A DNA stretch of 40,873 nt from a virus (taxonomy: Duplodnaviria > Heunggongvirae > Uroviricota > Caudoviricetes): IMG/VR virus record IMGVR_UViG_3300032213_000610, positions 64,001 through 104,873 of that record. The stretch is one strand, 5' to 3'. Numbering within the stretch: the first letter of the stretch is position 1; each line of letters starts with the position of its first letter. The notes beneath the pieces were generated by a model. That model ran no database searches. It saw only the letters and a program-made list of their open reading frames with translations, and had not been told where the DNA came from. Below are positions 17,897 to 25,900 of the stretch, one piece after another. The position numbers were made by a program, and so were the translations under genes.

Positions 17897-18190
17897 ATGA
17901 AACAACCTATTGAAAACTTTAAAGTTTGGATTTTCCCTAGCCTAGTATCTATTCTAGCTATGATGATTTGGAATGATGTCAGTGAAATCAAAGCTGATGT
18001 AAAAGCCCTCATGGCTCAGTCTAATGTAGACAAAACACGTATAGACAATCTAGAGAGGCTCATCTATAAGAAGACAGCTTCTATTCCTGTTGATTTACCT
18101 AATAGAGACTTAGAGATGGAAAGCTATGCCATCCTACCTAATAATAGAAAAACAATTAAAAACGAAAAACATGAAGAAATTCTTTTCTGA
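17897..18190 (+). CDS. Single-TM plus coiled-coil protein, holin/hemolysin-like lysis component
   Basis: N-terminal hydrophobic WIFPSLVSILAMMIW followed by a coiled coil. Start moved to 17897. Confidence 0.5.
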   Translation: MKQPIENFKVWIFPSLVSILAMMIWNDVSEIKADVKALMAQSNVDKTRIDNLERLIYKKTASIPVDLPNRDLEMESYAILPNNRKTIKNEKHEEILF

Positions 18191-18422
18191 TCTATTTGAT
18201 GACAGCAACTCAATCAATGAGAAAGCTGTAATTGGCTTTGCCTCTTTTTTAATTATGATAGTGTTTGCTATAACAGATATTGTTACAGGAGCTATGAATA
18301 AACCATTGTTAGTTAATGAGTTTATATATGACTCATTTAAAATCTTGACTATAGCTTGTTTTGGAATTGCTTCTGTAGACAAGTTTATTAACAAGAAATC
18401 TGAATCTGAAACTAATGAATAG
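18171..18422 (+). CDS. Putative holin (2 TM, 83 aa)
   Basis: Two hydrophobic helices and a charged C-terminus, upstream of the endolysin. Start moved to 18171. Confidence 0.6.
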   Translation: MKKFFSDLFDDSNSINEKAVIGFASFLIMIVFAITDIVTGAMNKPLLVNEFIYDSFKILTIACFGIASVDKFINKKSESETNE

Positions 18423-19020
18423 AATATTAATACTTTTTATAGTTATATTACTGTTTATAATTTTAACTAAGGATAGATCATGTAATTCTCCTAAGATAGA
18501 ACCTACTGTTGTAACAGTGCATGATACAGCTTGGGAAGTTCATGACTCATTGATTATCAAGAAGTTAAAGATTAAGGAGACAATATATGAAACTATTCAA
18601 ACTCCTCCAGAGTATATAGCTGACACATCCTATCCTAGGCTCAAAGAACAATATGATTCATTAGTTGTTGCCTACCTGGCAAAGAACATCTATGCTGATA
18701 CATTGAAGCTAGACACATTAGGATATGTAGCTATAGCTGATACATTACAGAAAAACAGCTTACAGAATAGATCTTATAAATACAACTATAAGATACCTAC
18801 TATCCATACAACTACAACCATTACTAAATATGCCCCCCTTAAGAATCAATTGTATATAGGCGGTGGTGTAGGTGGTAACAAAGCATCAGGTGTTACAAAT
18901 TTAAATGCTGGACTACTCTTCAAGACTAAGAAGGATCATATTTATAGTGTGATAGTTGGTACAAACGTTGAAGGTCAAATAAACTATGGCTTTCAAACAT
19001 TTTGGAAACTCAAAAAATAA
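18415..19020 (+). CDS. N-terminally membrane-anchored lysis accessory/spanin-like protein
   Basis: Hydrophobic N-terminus, DTV/DSL-type stalk and C-terminal amphipathic beta-strands; directly before the endolysin. Confidence 0.45.
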   Translation: MNRILILFIVILLFIILTKDRSCNSPKIEPTVVTVHDTAWEVHDSLIIKKLKIKETIYETIQTPPEYIADTSYPRLKEQYDSLVVAYLAKNIYADTLKLDTLGYVAIADTLQKNSLQNRSYKYNYKIPTIHTTTTITKYAPLKNQLYIGGGVGGNKASGVTNLNAGLLFKTKKDHIYSVIVGTNVEGQINYGFQTFWKLKK

Positions 19021-19023
19021 AAA

Positions 19024-19644
19024 ATGAATTTAGAAAAATTAAAAGGACACATTCCTGACACAGTGATTGCACAAATCCCTGATGTACAAACTAAGTTTGA
19101 AATCAATACTCCTTTAAGACTAGCTCATTTCTTGGCTCAGTGTGGTCATGAATCAGGTGGATTCAGAGTAGCTCAAGAGAACCTTAACTATTCTGCTAAA
19201 GGATTAACAGGAATCTTTAAAAAGTATTTTACAAGACCTGACAAAACCATTGATGAACCTAAAGCTGCAGCTTATGCTAAGAAACCTGAAAAGATTGCAA
19301 ATCTTGTTTATGGTAGTAGAATGGGTAACGGACCTGAAGCATCAGGTGATGGTTACAAGTTCAGAGGTCGTGGATATATCCAATTAACTGGTAAAGATAA
19401 TTATACAGCTTTTGCTAAAACTGTTACAGAAGATGATATACTAGCTAATCCAAATTTAGTTGCTACCAAATACCAATTAGCATCAGCTGCCTGGTTTTGG
19501 AGTAAGAACAAACTGAATGAGATAGCTGACGGTGGGGCATCAGATGAAGTAGTCACTAAGATTACTAAAAGAGTGAATGGTGGTACAATTGGTCTTGCTG
19601 ATCGTATCAAGCATTTTAATGAATACAATAATCTATTAAAATAG
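19024..19644 (+). CDS. Endolysin, glycoside hydrolase family 19
   Basis: RLAHFLAQCGHESGGF, GDGYKFRGRGYIQLTGKDNY, SAAWFW, ITKRVNGG. Confidence 0.92.
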   Translation: MNLEKLKGHIPDTVIAQIPDVQTKFEINTPLRLAHFLAQCGHESGGFRVAQENLNYSAKGLTGIFKKYFTRPDKTIDEPKAAAYAKKPEKIANLVYGSRMGNGPEASGDGYKFRGRGYIQLTGKDNYTAFAKTVTEDDILANPNLVATKYQLASAAWFWSKNKLNEIADGGASDEVVTKITKRVNGGTIGLADRIKHFNEYNNLLK

Positions 19645-19650
19645 AATATA

Positions 19651-19953
19651 ATGGCAGCAAAGAAAGAAACAAACATTTCAGCAAATCCTTTACCTATAAG
19701 TTTTAAGGAGTTTGCTAAGAACCCAATAGTGGGTACACTCTTCCTAGTACTTATTGCTATTTCATACCTATATATAGATGTGCGTACAACATTTAAAGAG
19801 CAGGCAACTTCTCAGAATGTACGCATTGATAAGGTGGAAGGTAGATTAGACAGGGTGCAGGAAGCACTAAGGGTTAGTGACAGCACTAAAGCTGTGACTA
19901 CCACCCAGTTACAAACGTTACAACAATTAGGAGCTATAAAAAAGTTAAACTAA
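19651..19953 (+). CDS. TM plus coiled-coil protein, i-spanin/holin-like
   Basis: One TM (IVGTLFLVLIAISYLYI) then heptads; follows the endolysin. Confidence 0.45.
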   Translation: MAAKKETNISANPLPISFKEFAKNPIVGTLFLVLIAISYLYIDVRTTFKEQATSQNVRIDKVEGRLDRVQEALRVSDSTKAVTTTQLQTLQQLGAIKKLN

Positions 19954-20294
19954 TGAGAGCATTAACATTTTTAATATTAATAAGTCTATATGGATGTCAA
20001 TATACCACAGCTCAGCACGCTGATGAAACAGTTAAAGAAGATAAAGAACTTGAGTCCCTACTTAACAAAGTTTCAGAAAATAATAAAAATGGTGCAGCTG
20101 TACAAGAAGGTGCTGCCAAAGCACAAACAAAAATAGTAAACCAAGCAGTTAGCCAAATTGTATCATTAAAGGCAGAGGTTAGCTCATTAAAATCTGAATT
20201 AAGCAATGCTAAAAGTAAACTTGATAGTAATCTTGTTGATACTGGTGTCAGCTACAACGTACTCCCAGTATCCAAGAACAAAGAAAATAGGTAA
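19953..20294 (+). CDS. Lipoprotein with a coiled coil, o-spanin-like
   Basis: Signal peptide with lipobox LYG-C at residue 15, then a long coiled coil. Confidence 0.55.
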   Translation: MRALTFLILISLYGCQYTTAQHADETVKEDKELESLLNKVSENNKNGAAVQEGAAKAQTKIVNQAVSQIVSLKAEVSSLKSELSNAKSKLDSNLVDTGVSYNVLPVSKNKENR

Positions 20295-20637
20295 TGATTC
20301 AGTGGTGATAATGACCGTTGAGCAAGGAAACTATATCAATACATTAATCAAAGGATATAAATCCCAAATAGATTCGTTAAGCATTGATAATCAATTAAAT
20401 AAGGTTTTCATAGACTCATTAACCTATAAGGTGGATTCATTGAAATTTAGACAGGATAGTCTAAAAACTGTAATAGCTGATGTTAGCCAATACAAATGGA
20501 AGTATGAGGCTAATAGGGAAATCTTTTTCAAGGCTCAAAAGGAAGAGAAGTTTAGAACTAAGATGCACGAGCTAGGTAAGTTTTTACTAGTAGCTGTCGT
20601 GGTATTACAATTTGTTACAATCGCATCATTAAAATAA
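20206..20637 (+). CDS. Signal peptide, coiled coil and C-terminal TM (u-spanin-like topology)
   Basis: Hydrophobic N-terminus, heptads (IDSL..LDSL), C-terminal FLLVAVVVLQFVTIASL. Confidence 0.4.
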   Translation: MLKVNLIVILLILVSATTYSQYPRTKKIGNDSVVIMTVEQGNYINTLIKGYKSQIDSLSIDNQLNKVFIDSLTYKVDSLKFRQDSLKTVIADVSQYKWKYEANREIFFKAQKEEKFRTKMHELGKFLLVAVVVLQFVTIASLK

Positions 20638-20643
20638 ACCAAT

Positions 20644-20751
20644 ATGGCAAATGCTAAAAAGAAACCTGTTGCTAGACGCAGCAGACGTTCTGGAATAAAG
20701 ACACTAGAACAAATCAAAACCAATTTAGAAATCCTTAAAAAATACAAGTAA
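20644..20751 (+). CDS. Basic microprotein (35 aa), not in the ORF track
   Basis: MANAKKKPVARRSRRSGIKTLEQIKTNLEILKKYK; its stop overlaps the next ATG (TAATG). Confidence 0.6.
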   Translation: MANAKKKPVARRSRRSGIKTLEQIKTNLEILKKYK

Positions 20752-20876
20752 TGGCAAAAGCAAAAGGTGGTGAAGTTAGAAAGATTAGCTTTGGTAAACG
20801 CAAGGGAGGCAAAGCTAAAAAGACTAGTGGACCAAAAGAAAAAGCTGTAAGCAAGTACAGAGGACAAGGTAAATAA
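20751..20876 (+). CDS. Basic microprotein (41 aa), not in the ORF track
   Basis: MAKAKGGEVRKISFGKRKGGKAKKTSGPKEKAVSKYRGQGK; translationally coupled. Confidence 0.65.
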   Translation: MAKAKGGEVRKISFGKRKGGKAKKTSGPKEKAVSKYRGQGK

Positions 20877-20915
20877 TGGTAGTATTACTACCAACATGTA
20901 AATATTTCTAAACTC

Positions 20916-20954
20916 TAATCAATTTAGTTAGAAATCAATTAATCAATTTAGTTA
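20916..20954. repeat. 15-bp AT-rich direct repeat TAATCAATTTAGTTA x2, plus a third AATCAATT core
   Basis: Exact copies at 20916-20930 and 20940-20954; partial copy at 20933-20940. Confidence 0.8.
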
Positions 20955-20974
20955 TTGTAAATTATTGATGCTCA

Positions 20975-21004
20975 TTGGTTATAGTAAAAAACAACATATC
21001 TTTG
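20975..21004 (+). promoter_or_regulatory. Bacteroidota promoter for the decoration-protein cluster
   Basis: TTG (20975-20977), 19 nt, TATCTTTG (20997-21004). Confidence 0.7.
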
Positions 21005-21023
21005 AATATTAATTTTCACAATC

Positions 21024-22007
21024 ATGGCAATACCAAGTAGACAGATAGGCTGGGGCACAGAAGAAAATCTTTTGTGGCAGATTTCTAAACAATTAGAAGC
21101 TCTTACAGGAGTGACATATAATAGTGGAGGTGGTGGTATTGTAGGTCCTCAAGGACCTATTGGTCCTCAGGGTCCACAAGGAATACAAGGTGTGCAAGGT
21201 GTGCAAGGTGAAACTGGTGCAGCCCTAACTGTACTTGGTTCCTATCCTGACTTAACAGCATTCTTAGCAGGTGCTGGTGGAAGTCCTGGTACTGCAGGTA
21301 CAGCATGGATAATTGAATCAGATGGTTCTTTATACGTTTGGAATACAGCAACTAATGCTTGGGAAGATGTAGGTGATCTACAAGGACCTCAGGGCATTCA
21401 AGGTATTCAAGGCCCTCAAGGAGAGCAAGGTATACAAGGTGTACAGGGTATTCAAGGAATTCAGGGAATTCAAGGAGTACAAGGTGCAATGGGTGTTTCT
21501 GGTTTATACGCTCAAACAGCTAACAGTGCTATTGTTACAAATACAACGGCTGAAACAACAATTATTGGTACAGGAGTTGGTACATTAAGTGTACCTGCTA
21601 ATGGATTTAGTGTTGGTGATAGCTTTAGAGCAGTTCTTGGTGGTGTTATGAATGCTGGAAATAATCAAACTATTAGAATTAAATTAAAATCAGGATCTGT
21701 TATTCTTCTAGATAGTGGCTTACAAAACCTTGGAAGTGCTGTTACAGATGATGTGTGGAGTCTAAATGTTGATTTTACAATCAGACAACTTGGAGCTGCT
21801 AGTGTAGCATCTATTGTATCGTTAGGATCATTTCATTACACAAAGACTAATAATGCTTCTGTTCAAGGATTTGGATTTAATGTAGTGAACAACACAACGT
21901 TTAGCACTACAATTAGTAATACATTAGACGTAACTGTTCAGTGGGGATCTGCTAGTACAGGAAACAATATTTATAGTGATACATTTATACTAAACAAAAC
22001 ATATTAA
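21024..22007 (+). CDS. Collagen-like decoration/spike protein with an N-terminal MAIPSRQIGW anchor
   Basis: Two G-X-Y tracts (GPQGPIGPQG..., QGIQGIQGPQG...) and a beta-rich C-terminal domain. Confidence 0.75.
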   Translation: MAIPSRQIGWGTEENLLWQISKQLEALTGVTYNSGGGGIVGPQGPIGPQGPQGIQGVQGVQGETGAALTVLGSYPDLTAFLAGAGGSPGTAGTAWIIESDGSLYVWNTATNAWEDVGDLQGPQGIQGIQGPQGEQGIQGVQGIQGIQGIQGVQGAMGVSGLYAQTANSAIVTNTTAETTIIGTGVGTLSVPANGFSVGDSFRAVLGGVMNAGNNQTIRIKLKSGSVILLDSGLQNLGSAVTDDVWSLNVDFTIRQLGAASVASIVSLGSFHYTKTNNASVQGFGFNVVNNTTFSTTISNTLDVTVQWGSASTGNNIYSDTFILNKTY

Positions 22008-22009
22008 TC

Positions 22010-22174
22010 ATGGCAATCCCTTCTAGACAAATAGGTTGGAGTACAAAAAGCAACTTGCTATGGCAGATATCTAAGCAATTAGAGACTCTGACACGTGTTA
22101 TGTATAATAGAGGTACAACAACTACCACTACCACTACTGTTCCTCCTACCACTACTACTACGACTACTGTTTAA
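22010..22174 (+). CDS. 54-aa anchor plus poly-Thr microprotein, not in the ORF track
   Basis: MAIPSRQIGWSTKSNLLWQISKQLETLTRVMYNRG-T8-VPP-T7-V; the N-terminus is nearly identical to that of the 21024 protein. Confidence 0.85.
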   Translation: MAIPSRQIGWSTKSNLLWQISKQLETLTRVMYNRGTTTTTTTTVPPTTTTTTTV

Positions 22175-22183
22175 TAAAAAGAT

Positions 22184-22888
22184 ATGAGTTTAACTGCTTA
22201 CATAAGATATGATAATAAGGGAAGGATTGTTCCAGGTGGACCAATAGTAACTTCAGTTAAACCTAAGGTGGGTGACTGGGTAGCTATTAGTGACGTTCTT
22301 GTTACAACCACCCCTCCCAACTATAAACTACGTGCATTCGTTAGATATATAAATAAAATAGGTGGTCAAAATAACAGCAACAAATATGTAGCTGGTAGCT
22401 TAATCCTTCAACATGATGCTCCTCAGGATGGTAATTGGAAAGAGGTTTATTTCATAAAGCCTTGTGAGTCTTGTAATCCAACAACAACCACCACCACAAC
22501 AGATTCTTTTCAAACAATAAATTTATATAGTAATGGTGTAATATGTGGAGTAGGTACAGATTGGTCAACAAAAACACCAGCTGAAGTAAAATGTGATTGG
22601 ATTGAAGTATTTAATAGTGGTAGTCCTAGCTATGGCGGAAGTTCGTTCTTATACTATACATCTGCAGGATTTAATGTAGGAACACAAATATATAATACAA
22701 CTCCTGGAAATCCTCCTGTTACATTTAGTGGTACTTACATATATGATTTAGGCGGTCCTTATTTAAATGCAAAAGTGTTTACATTAACAACTGGTATCAT
22801 CTCTGCAATATATAATCTTGGTGATTTACCTGCATGTTCACCTTATATTTGTCCTACAACCACTACAACTACAACTGCTACACCGTAA
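22184..22888 (+). CDS. Decoration-type protein with two copies of anchor B and two T7 tracts
   Basis: AYIRYDNKGRIVPGGP..KPKVGDW and LRAFVRY..YVAGSLIL..GNWKEV; CNP-T7 and C-terminal CP-T7-ATP. Confidence 0.65.
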   Translation: MSLTAYIRYDNKGRIVPGGPIVTSVKPKVGDWVAISDVLVTTTPPNYKLRAFVRYINKIGGQNNSNKYVAGSLILQHDAPQDGNWKEVYFIKPCESCNPTTTTTTTDSFQTINLYSNGVICGVGTDWSTKTPAEVKCDWIEVFNSGSPSYGGSSFLYYTSAGFNVGTQIYNTTPGNPPVTFSGTYIYDLGGPYLNAKVFTLTTGIISAIYNLGDLPACSPYICPTTTTTTTATP

Positions 22889-22917
22889 ATAAAACAAAAC
22901 CAACAAAAACTACATAT

Positions 22918-23934
22918 ATGAAGGATCTCAGATTTATCTGTGCTCAACCAGATGATACCTATTACACATGGCAGGTACATTTATGGATAGAGAGCTTAAG
23001 GAAAATTGGACATTCAGACAAGGCAATTGTGCTTATATTCATTCCTAGTTATAGGGAGAAGAATACCAAATGGCAGCAAGTGATAGACCTCTATCCAGAA
23101 GCTGAATTTGTATTCTATAAAGATGAGCACAGCATTAGCAACATGTTAGGAGTTTATATTCCTGTGTTACGTCCTTATTGTCTGAAAAGATATTTTGCAG
23201 AGAATCCAGGGATGAAAGATAAAGCTGTTATGTATTGTGATTCAGACGTAGTGTTTACAGAGAATCTAAACATAGATGCTTATCTGGATGATGATATAAA
23301 CTATGTATCTGATACAAACAGTTATATCAATGCTTCATATTTTGATAGTAAGGTGAGAGATGTAAAGCCTGAAAAGCTTGAGTTGTACAAAACTAGAGAC
23401 ATTCTAGCTGAAACAGCAGAGTTTACAGGCATAACTAGAGAGATAGCTGAGGCTAACAATTTACATTCAGGAGGAGCTCAATACCTATTAAAGAACATCG
23501 ATAGTGATTTCTGGGATAAGGTGTTGCAAGATTGTTTGGTAATTAGAACACATTTACTAAACGTAAACAAAGAATTCTTCGAGAATGAAAATAAAGGCTT
23601 TCAAAGTTGGTGTGCTGATATGTGGGCTGTTCTCTGGGCTATTTGGTATAGGAAACAAGAAGCAAAGATTATTCCTGAAATGGATTTTGCTTGGTCTTCT
23701 GATCCAATTGAGAAAATAAAGAGAATGGGACTCCTACATAATGCAGGAATTGTTGGTGATGAAGCCAATGGGTATCCTGCTTTCTATAAAGGAAAGTATC
23801 ACACAGGACAAGATCCTTTTGATGATCCTCATATGCAAACAGTTATGAATAATGAACAGAGCCAAAAGTTCTGCACACACTATTATACATCACAACTGAT
23901 GGAATTAAGAGAAAAATACAAATTATTATATTAA
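22918..23934 (+). CDS. GT-A glycosyltransferase (338 aa), candidate protein O-glycosyltransferase
   Basis: DxD motif YCDSDVVF, YIPVLRP, GGAQYLLK and WCADMWAVLW. The layout recalls GT8/GT95/GT96-type enzymes. Start moved to 22918. Confidence 0.6.
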   Translation: MKDLRFICAQPDDTYYTWQVHLWIESLRKIGHSDKAIVLIFIPSYREKNTKWQQVIDLYPEAEFVFYKDEHSISNMLGVYIPVLRPYCLKRYFAENPGMKDKAVMYCDSDVVFTENLNIDAYLDDDINYVSDTNSYINASYFDSKVRDVKPEKLELYKTRDILAETAEFTGITREIAEANNLHSGGAQYLLKNIDSDFWDKVLQDCLVIRTHLLNVNKEFFENENKGFQSWCADMWAVLWAIWYRKQEAKIIPEMDFAWSSDPIEKIKRMGLLHNAGIVGDEANGYPAFYKGKYHTGQDPFDDPHMQTVMNNEQSQKFCTHYYTSQLMELREKYKLLY

Positions 23935-23949
23935 ACAAAAACGATTATT

Positions 23950-24441
23950 ATGAGTAATAAGAGAGACTTAAGAGCCTTTGTTCGCTTTGATGGAAGCGGA
24001 AGAATCGTTGCTGGTAGCTTAATCCTTAGGAAAAATAAACCTAAGGTGGGTAAATGGCATGAAATTCAAGCATACGAATGTTGTAATTACATTCCTTCAT
24101 CTACAACAACAACTACTAGTTCTACAAGTAGCACAACAACTACTACTACAACAGTAGCTCCTACAACAACAACAACTACCACTGCATTTGTTGGTACATA
24201 TTATAATGCAGACCTTGGTTTTCAAGCAGCTTGTAACCAAGCAGGTTCATATAGCCTACCTCTAATTGTTGATCCAAATGCTTGTTCAAATGGAGGAATA
24301 GTATTAGCTGTTGGAACATATGCAGATTATGGAATACCTAATAATTCTGTAATTTACATTAATCTTCAAAACGGTAATGTTATTGAAGTGCAAACATTTG
24401 GAAGTTCTCAAATGAGCTTTGGATGTACATCTTGTGGATAA
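23950..24441 (+). CDS. Decoration-type protein: anchor B, long Ser/Thr tract, small C-terminal domain
   Basis: LRAFVRFDGSGRIVAGSLILRKNKPKVGKWHEIQAYECCN then SSTTTTTSSTSSTTTTTTTVAPTTTTTTT. Confidence 0.7.
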   Translation: MSNKRDLRAFVRFDGSGRIVAGSLILRKNKPKVGKWHEIQAYECCNYIPSSTTTTTSSTSSTTTTTTTVAPTTTTTTTAFVGTYYNADLGFQAACNQAGSYSLPLIVDPNACSNGGIVLAVGTYADYGIPNNSVIYINLQNGNVIEVQTFGSSQMSFGCTSCG

Positions 24442-24458
24442 TAAATAAATAAAATAAA

Positions 24459-24863
24459 ATGGCAAATCAAAATAAATTAAAAGCCTGGGTTAGATATGAT
24501 GGCACAGGTAGAGTGATAGCTGGTGGTCCAATTCTACAAAGATTTAAACCTGCTGTAGGTAATTGGGTGGAAATCAACGCAAACGAGTGTTGTAATCCTA
24601 GTCCTAATCCACCACTTCCTTCAAACTGTATTGAGTTTGTTGTAGATACAACAGAGGGCGCATCATTTACATTTAGCTTTAACACTACAGGACCTATCAA
24701 TTTCACTATTGATTGGGGTGATGGAACAACACATCCTGATTCAGGAGCTGGTGGATTCTATGAAGAAATTCACACCTATCCTCTTGAGGATAGACAATAC
24801 ACAGCTAGGATTTGTTTTGACAGTCCTGAGAGTGTTCTAGAGTTAGACTTTTATGGCAATTAA
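24459..24863 (+). CDS. Decoration-type protein: anchor B, Pro linker, PKD/Ig-like domain
   Basis: LKAWVRYDGTGRVIAGGPILQRFKPAVGNWVEINANECCN; IDWGDGTT (PKD signature). Confidence 0.65.
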   Translation: MANQNKLKAWVRYDGTGRVIAGGPILQRFKPAVGNWVEINANECCNPSPNPPLPSNCIEFVVDTTEGASFTFSFNTTGPINFTIDWGDGTTHPDSGAGGFYEEIHTYPLEDRQYTARICFDSPESVLELDFYGN

Positions 24864-24875
24864 ACTTAATTAAAA

Positions 24876-25481
24876 ATGGCAGCAGTAATAACATCAATAA
24901 CAGGTTTACAAAACCTTATTAACTTAAATAATTTCAATGCAGACTACAATGGTTTGCAATCTGTAAATCTTTCTGGGCTCACTAATCTTCTTAATGTAGA
25001 TATAAGTGATAATGATATTCCTGGAACTGGAACTAGTAGTTTAACATCTGTTAACTTGTCTGGTTGTACAGCTTTAGAAGAGCTTCGTTTGGACGATAGT
25101 GATTTCTCAGCTGGTGTTCCTGACCTTTCAGGACTTACTAGTTTAGTTTGGTTTGATATGGATCAATGTAGTATCTCAGGATCTTTAGACCTACAAGGAT
25201 TATCTTCACTTGAAGGTTTTGATCTTAGTGGTAATATTGAAATAACAAACGTAACTATATCAAGTTCACAACCTTTAGGTGATGGTTTTGAAGTACTTTT
25301 GAATAATAACGCTTTGACGCAAACTGCAGTGGATAACATCCTTGTAGCATTAGCTGCTAATAGTATTAACAATGGATATGTACAGCTTGATGGAGGAACT
25401 AATGCTGCTCCTGGTGCAACTGGTTTAGCTGCTCTTACTACTCTTACTGGAAAAGGTTGGTCTTATGATGTAAACTCTTAA
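24876..25481 (+). CDS. Leucine-rich repeat protein
   Basis: Repeated LxxLxLSGxxxL units (VNLSGLTNLLNVDISDN, VNLSGCTALEELRLDDS, LDLQGLSSLEGFDLSGN) and a TQTAVDNILVAL cap. Confidence 0.75.
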   Translation: MAAVITSITGLQNLINLNNFNADYNGLQSVNLSGLTNLLNVDISDNDIPGTGTSSLTSVNLSGCTALEELRLDDSDFSAGVPDLSGLTSLVWFDMDQCSISGSLDLQGLSSLEGFDLSGNIEITNVTISSSQPLGDGFEVLLNNNALTQTAVDNILVALAANSINNGYVQLDGGTNAAPGATGLAALTTLTGKGWSYDVNS

Positions 25482-25495
25482 TAAACTAATAAATA

Positions 25496-25900
25496 ATGGC
25501 AAAATCATTATTCCCTGATGAGATGATGAAATCAGGAGAACTAAACTTGGAAACAATAGCTGGGAAGCTTACACATTTTCATGAGCAACTACATTTAACT
25601 CATTGGCAGACAAAGAGTTATGCTGAGCACCAGGCTCTAGGGGGATTGTACGATTATGTACATGATTTCAAAGATGGTGTTATTGAGAAGCTTATGGGCT
25701 ATACAGGCAAACGTCCTGCTCCATACAAGATAGAACCTCTTACAAATTGTACAGGGGATGAATGTGTGTCAAAACTTTTATCTTTTGCATCCTCTTTAAA
25801 AAGCTATGCTGAAGCAAACAGCTATCACGATATAGCAAATCTAGCAGATGCTCTAAGCGGAGAAGCGGCTAAAACTAAATACTTATTAACCTTGTCTTAA
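25496..25900 (+). CDS. Ferritin/Dps-like four-helix protein (DUF5856-like)
   Basis: HFHEQLHLTHWQTKSYAEHQALGGLYD...DGVIEKLMG and C-terminal KTKYLLTLS. Confidence 0.75.
   Translation: MAKSLFPDEMMKSGELNLETIAGKLTHFHEQLHLTHWQTKSYAEHQALGGLYDYVHDFKDGVIEKLMGYTGKRPAPYKIEPLTNCTGDECVSKLLSFASSLKSYAEANSYHDIANLADALSGEAAKTKYLLTLS

Noticed and set aside
24861-24875. Programmed read-through joining the PKD and LRR genes
   Set aside because: Two in-frame TAA codons would both need suppression, and the downstream ATG has its own A-rich leader. Kept only as a possible fission.
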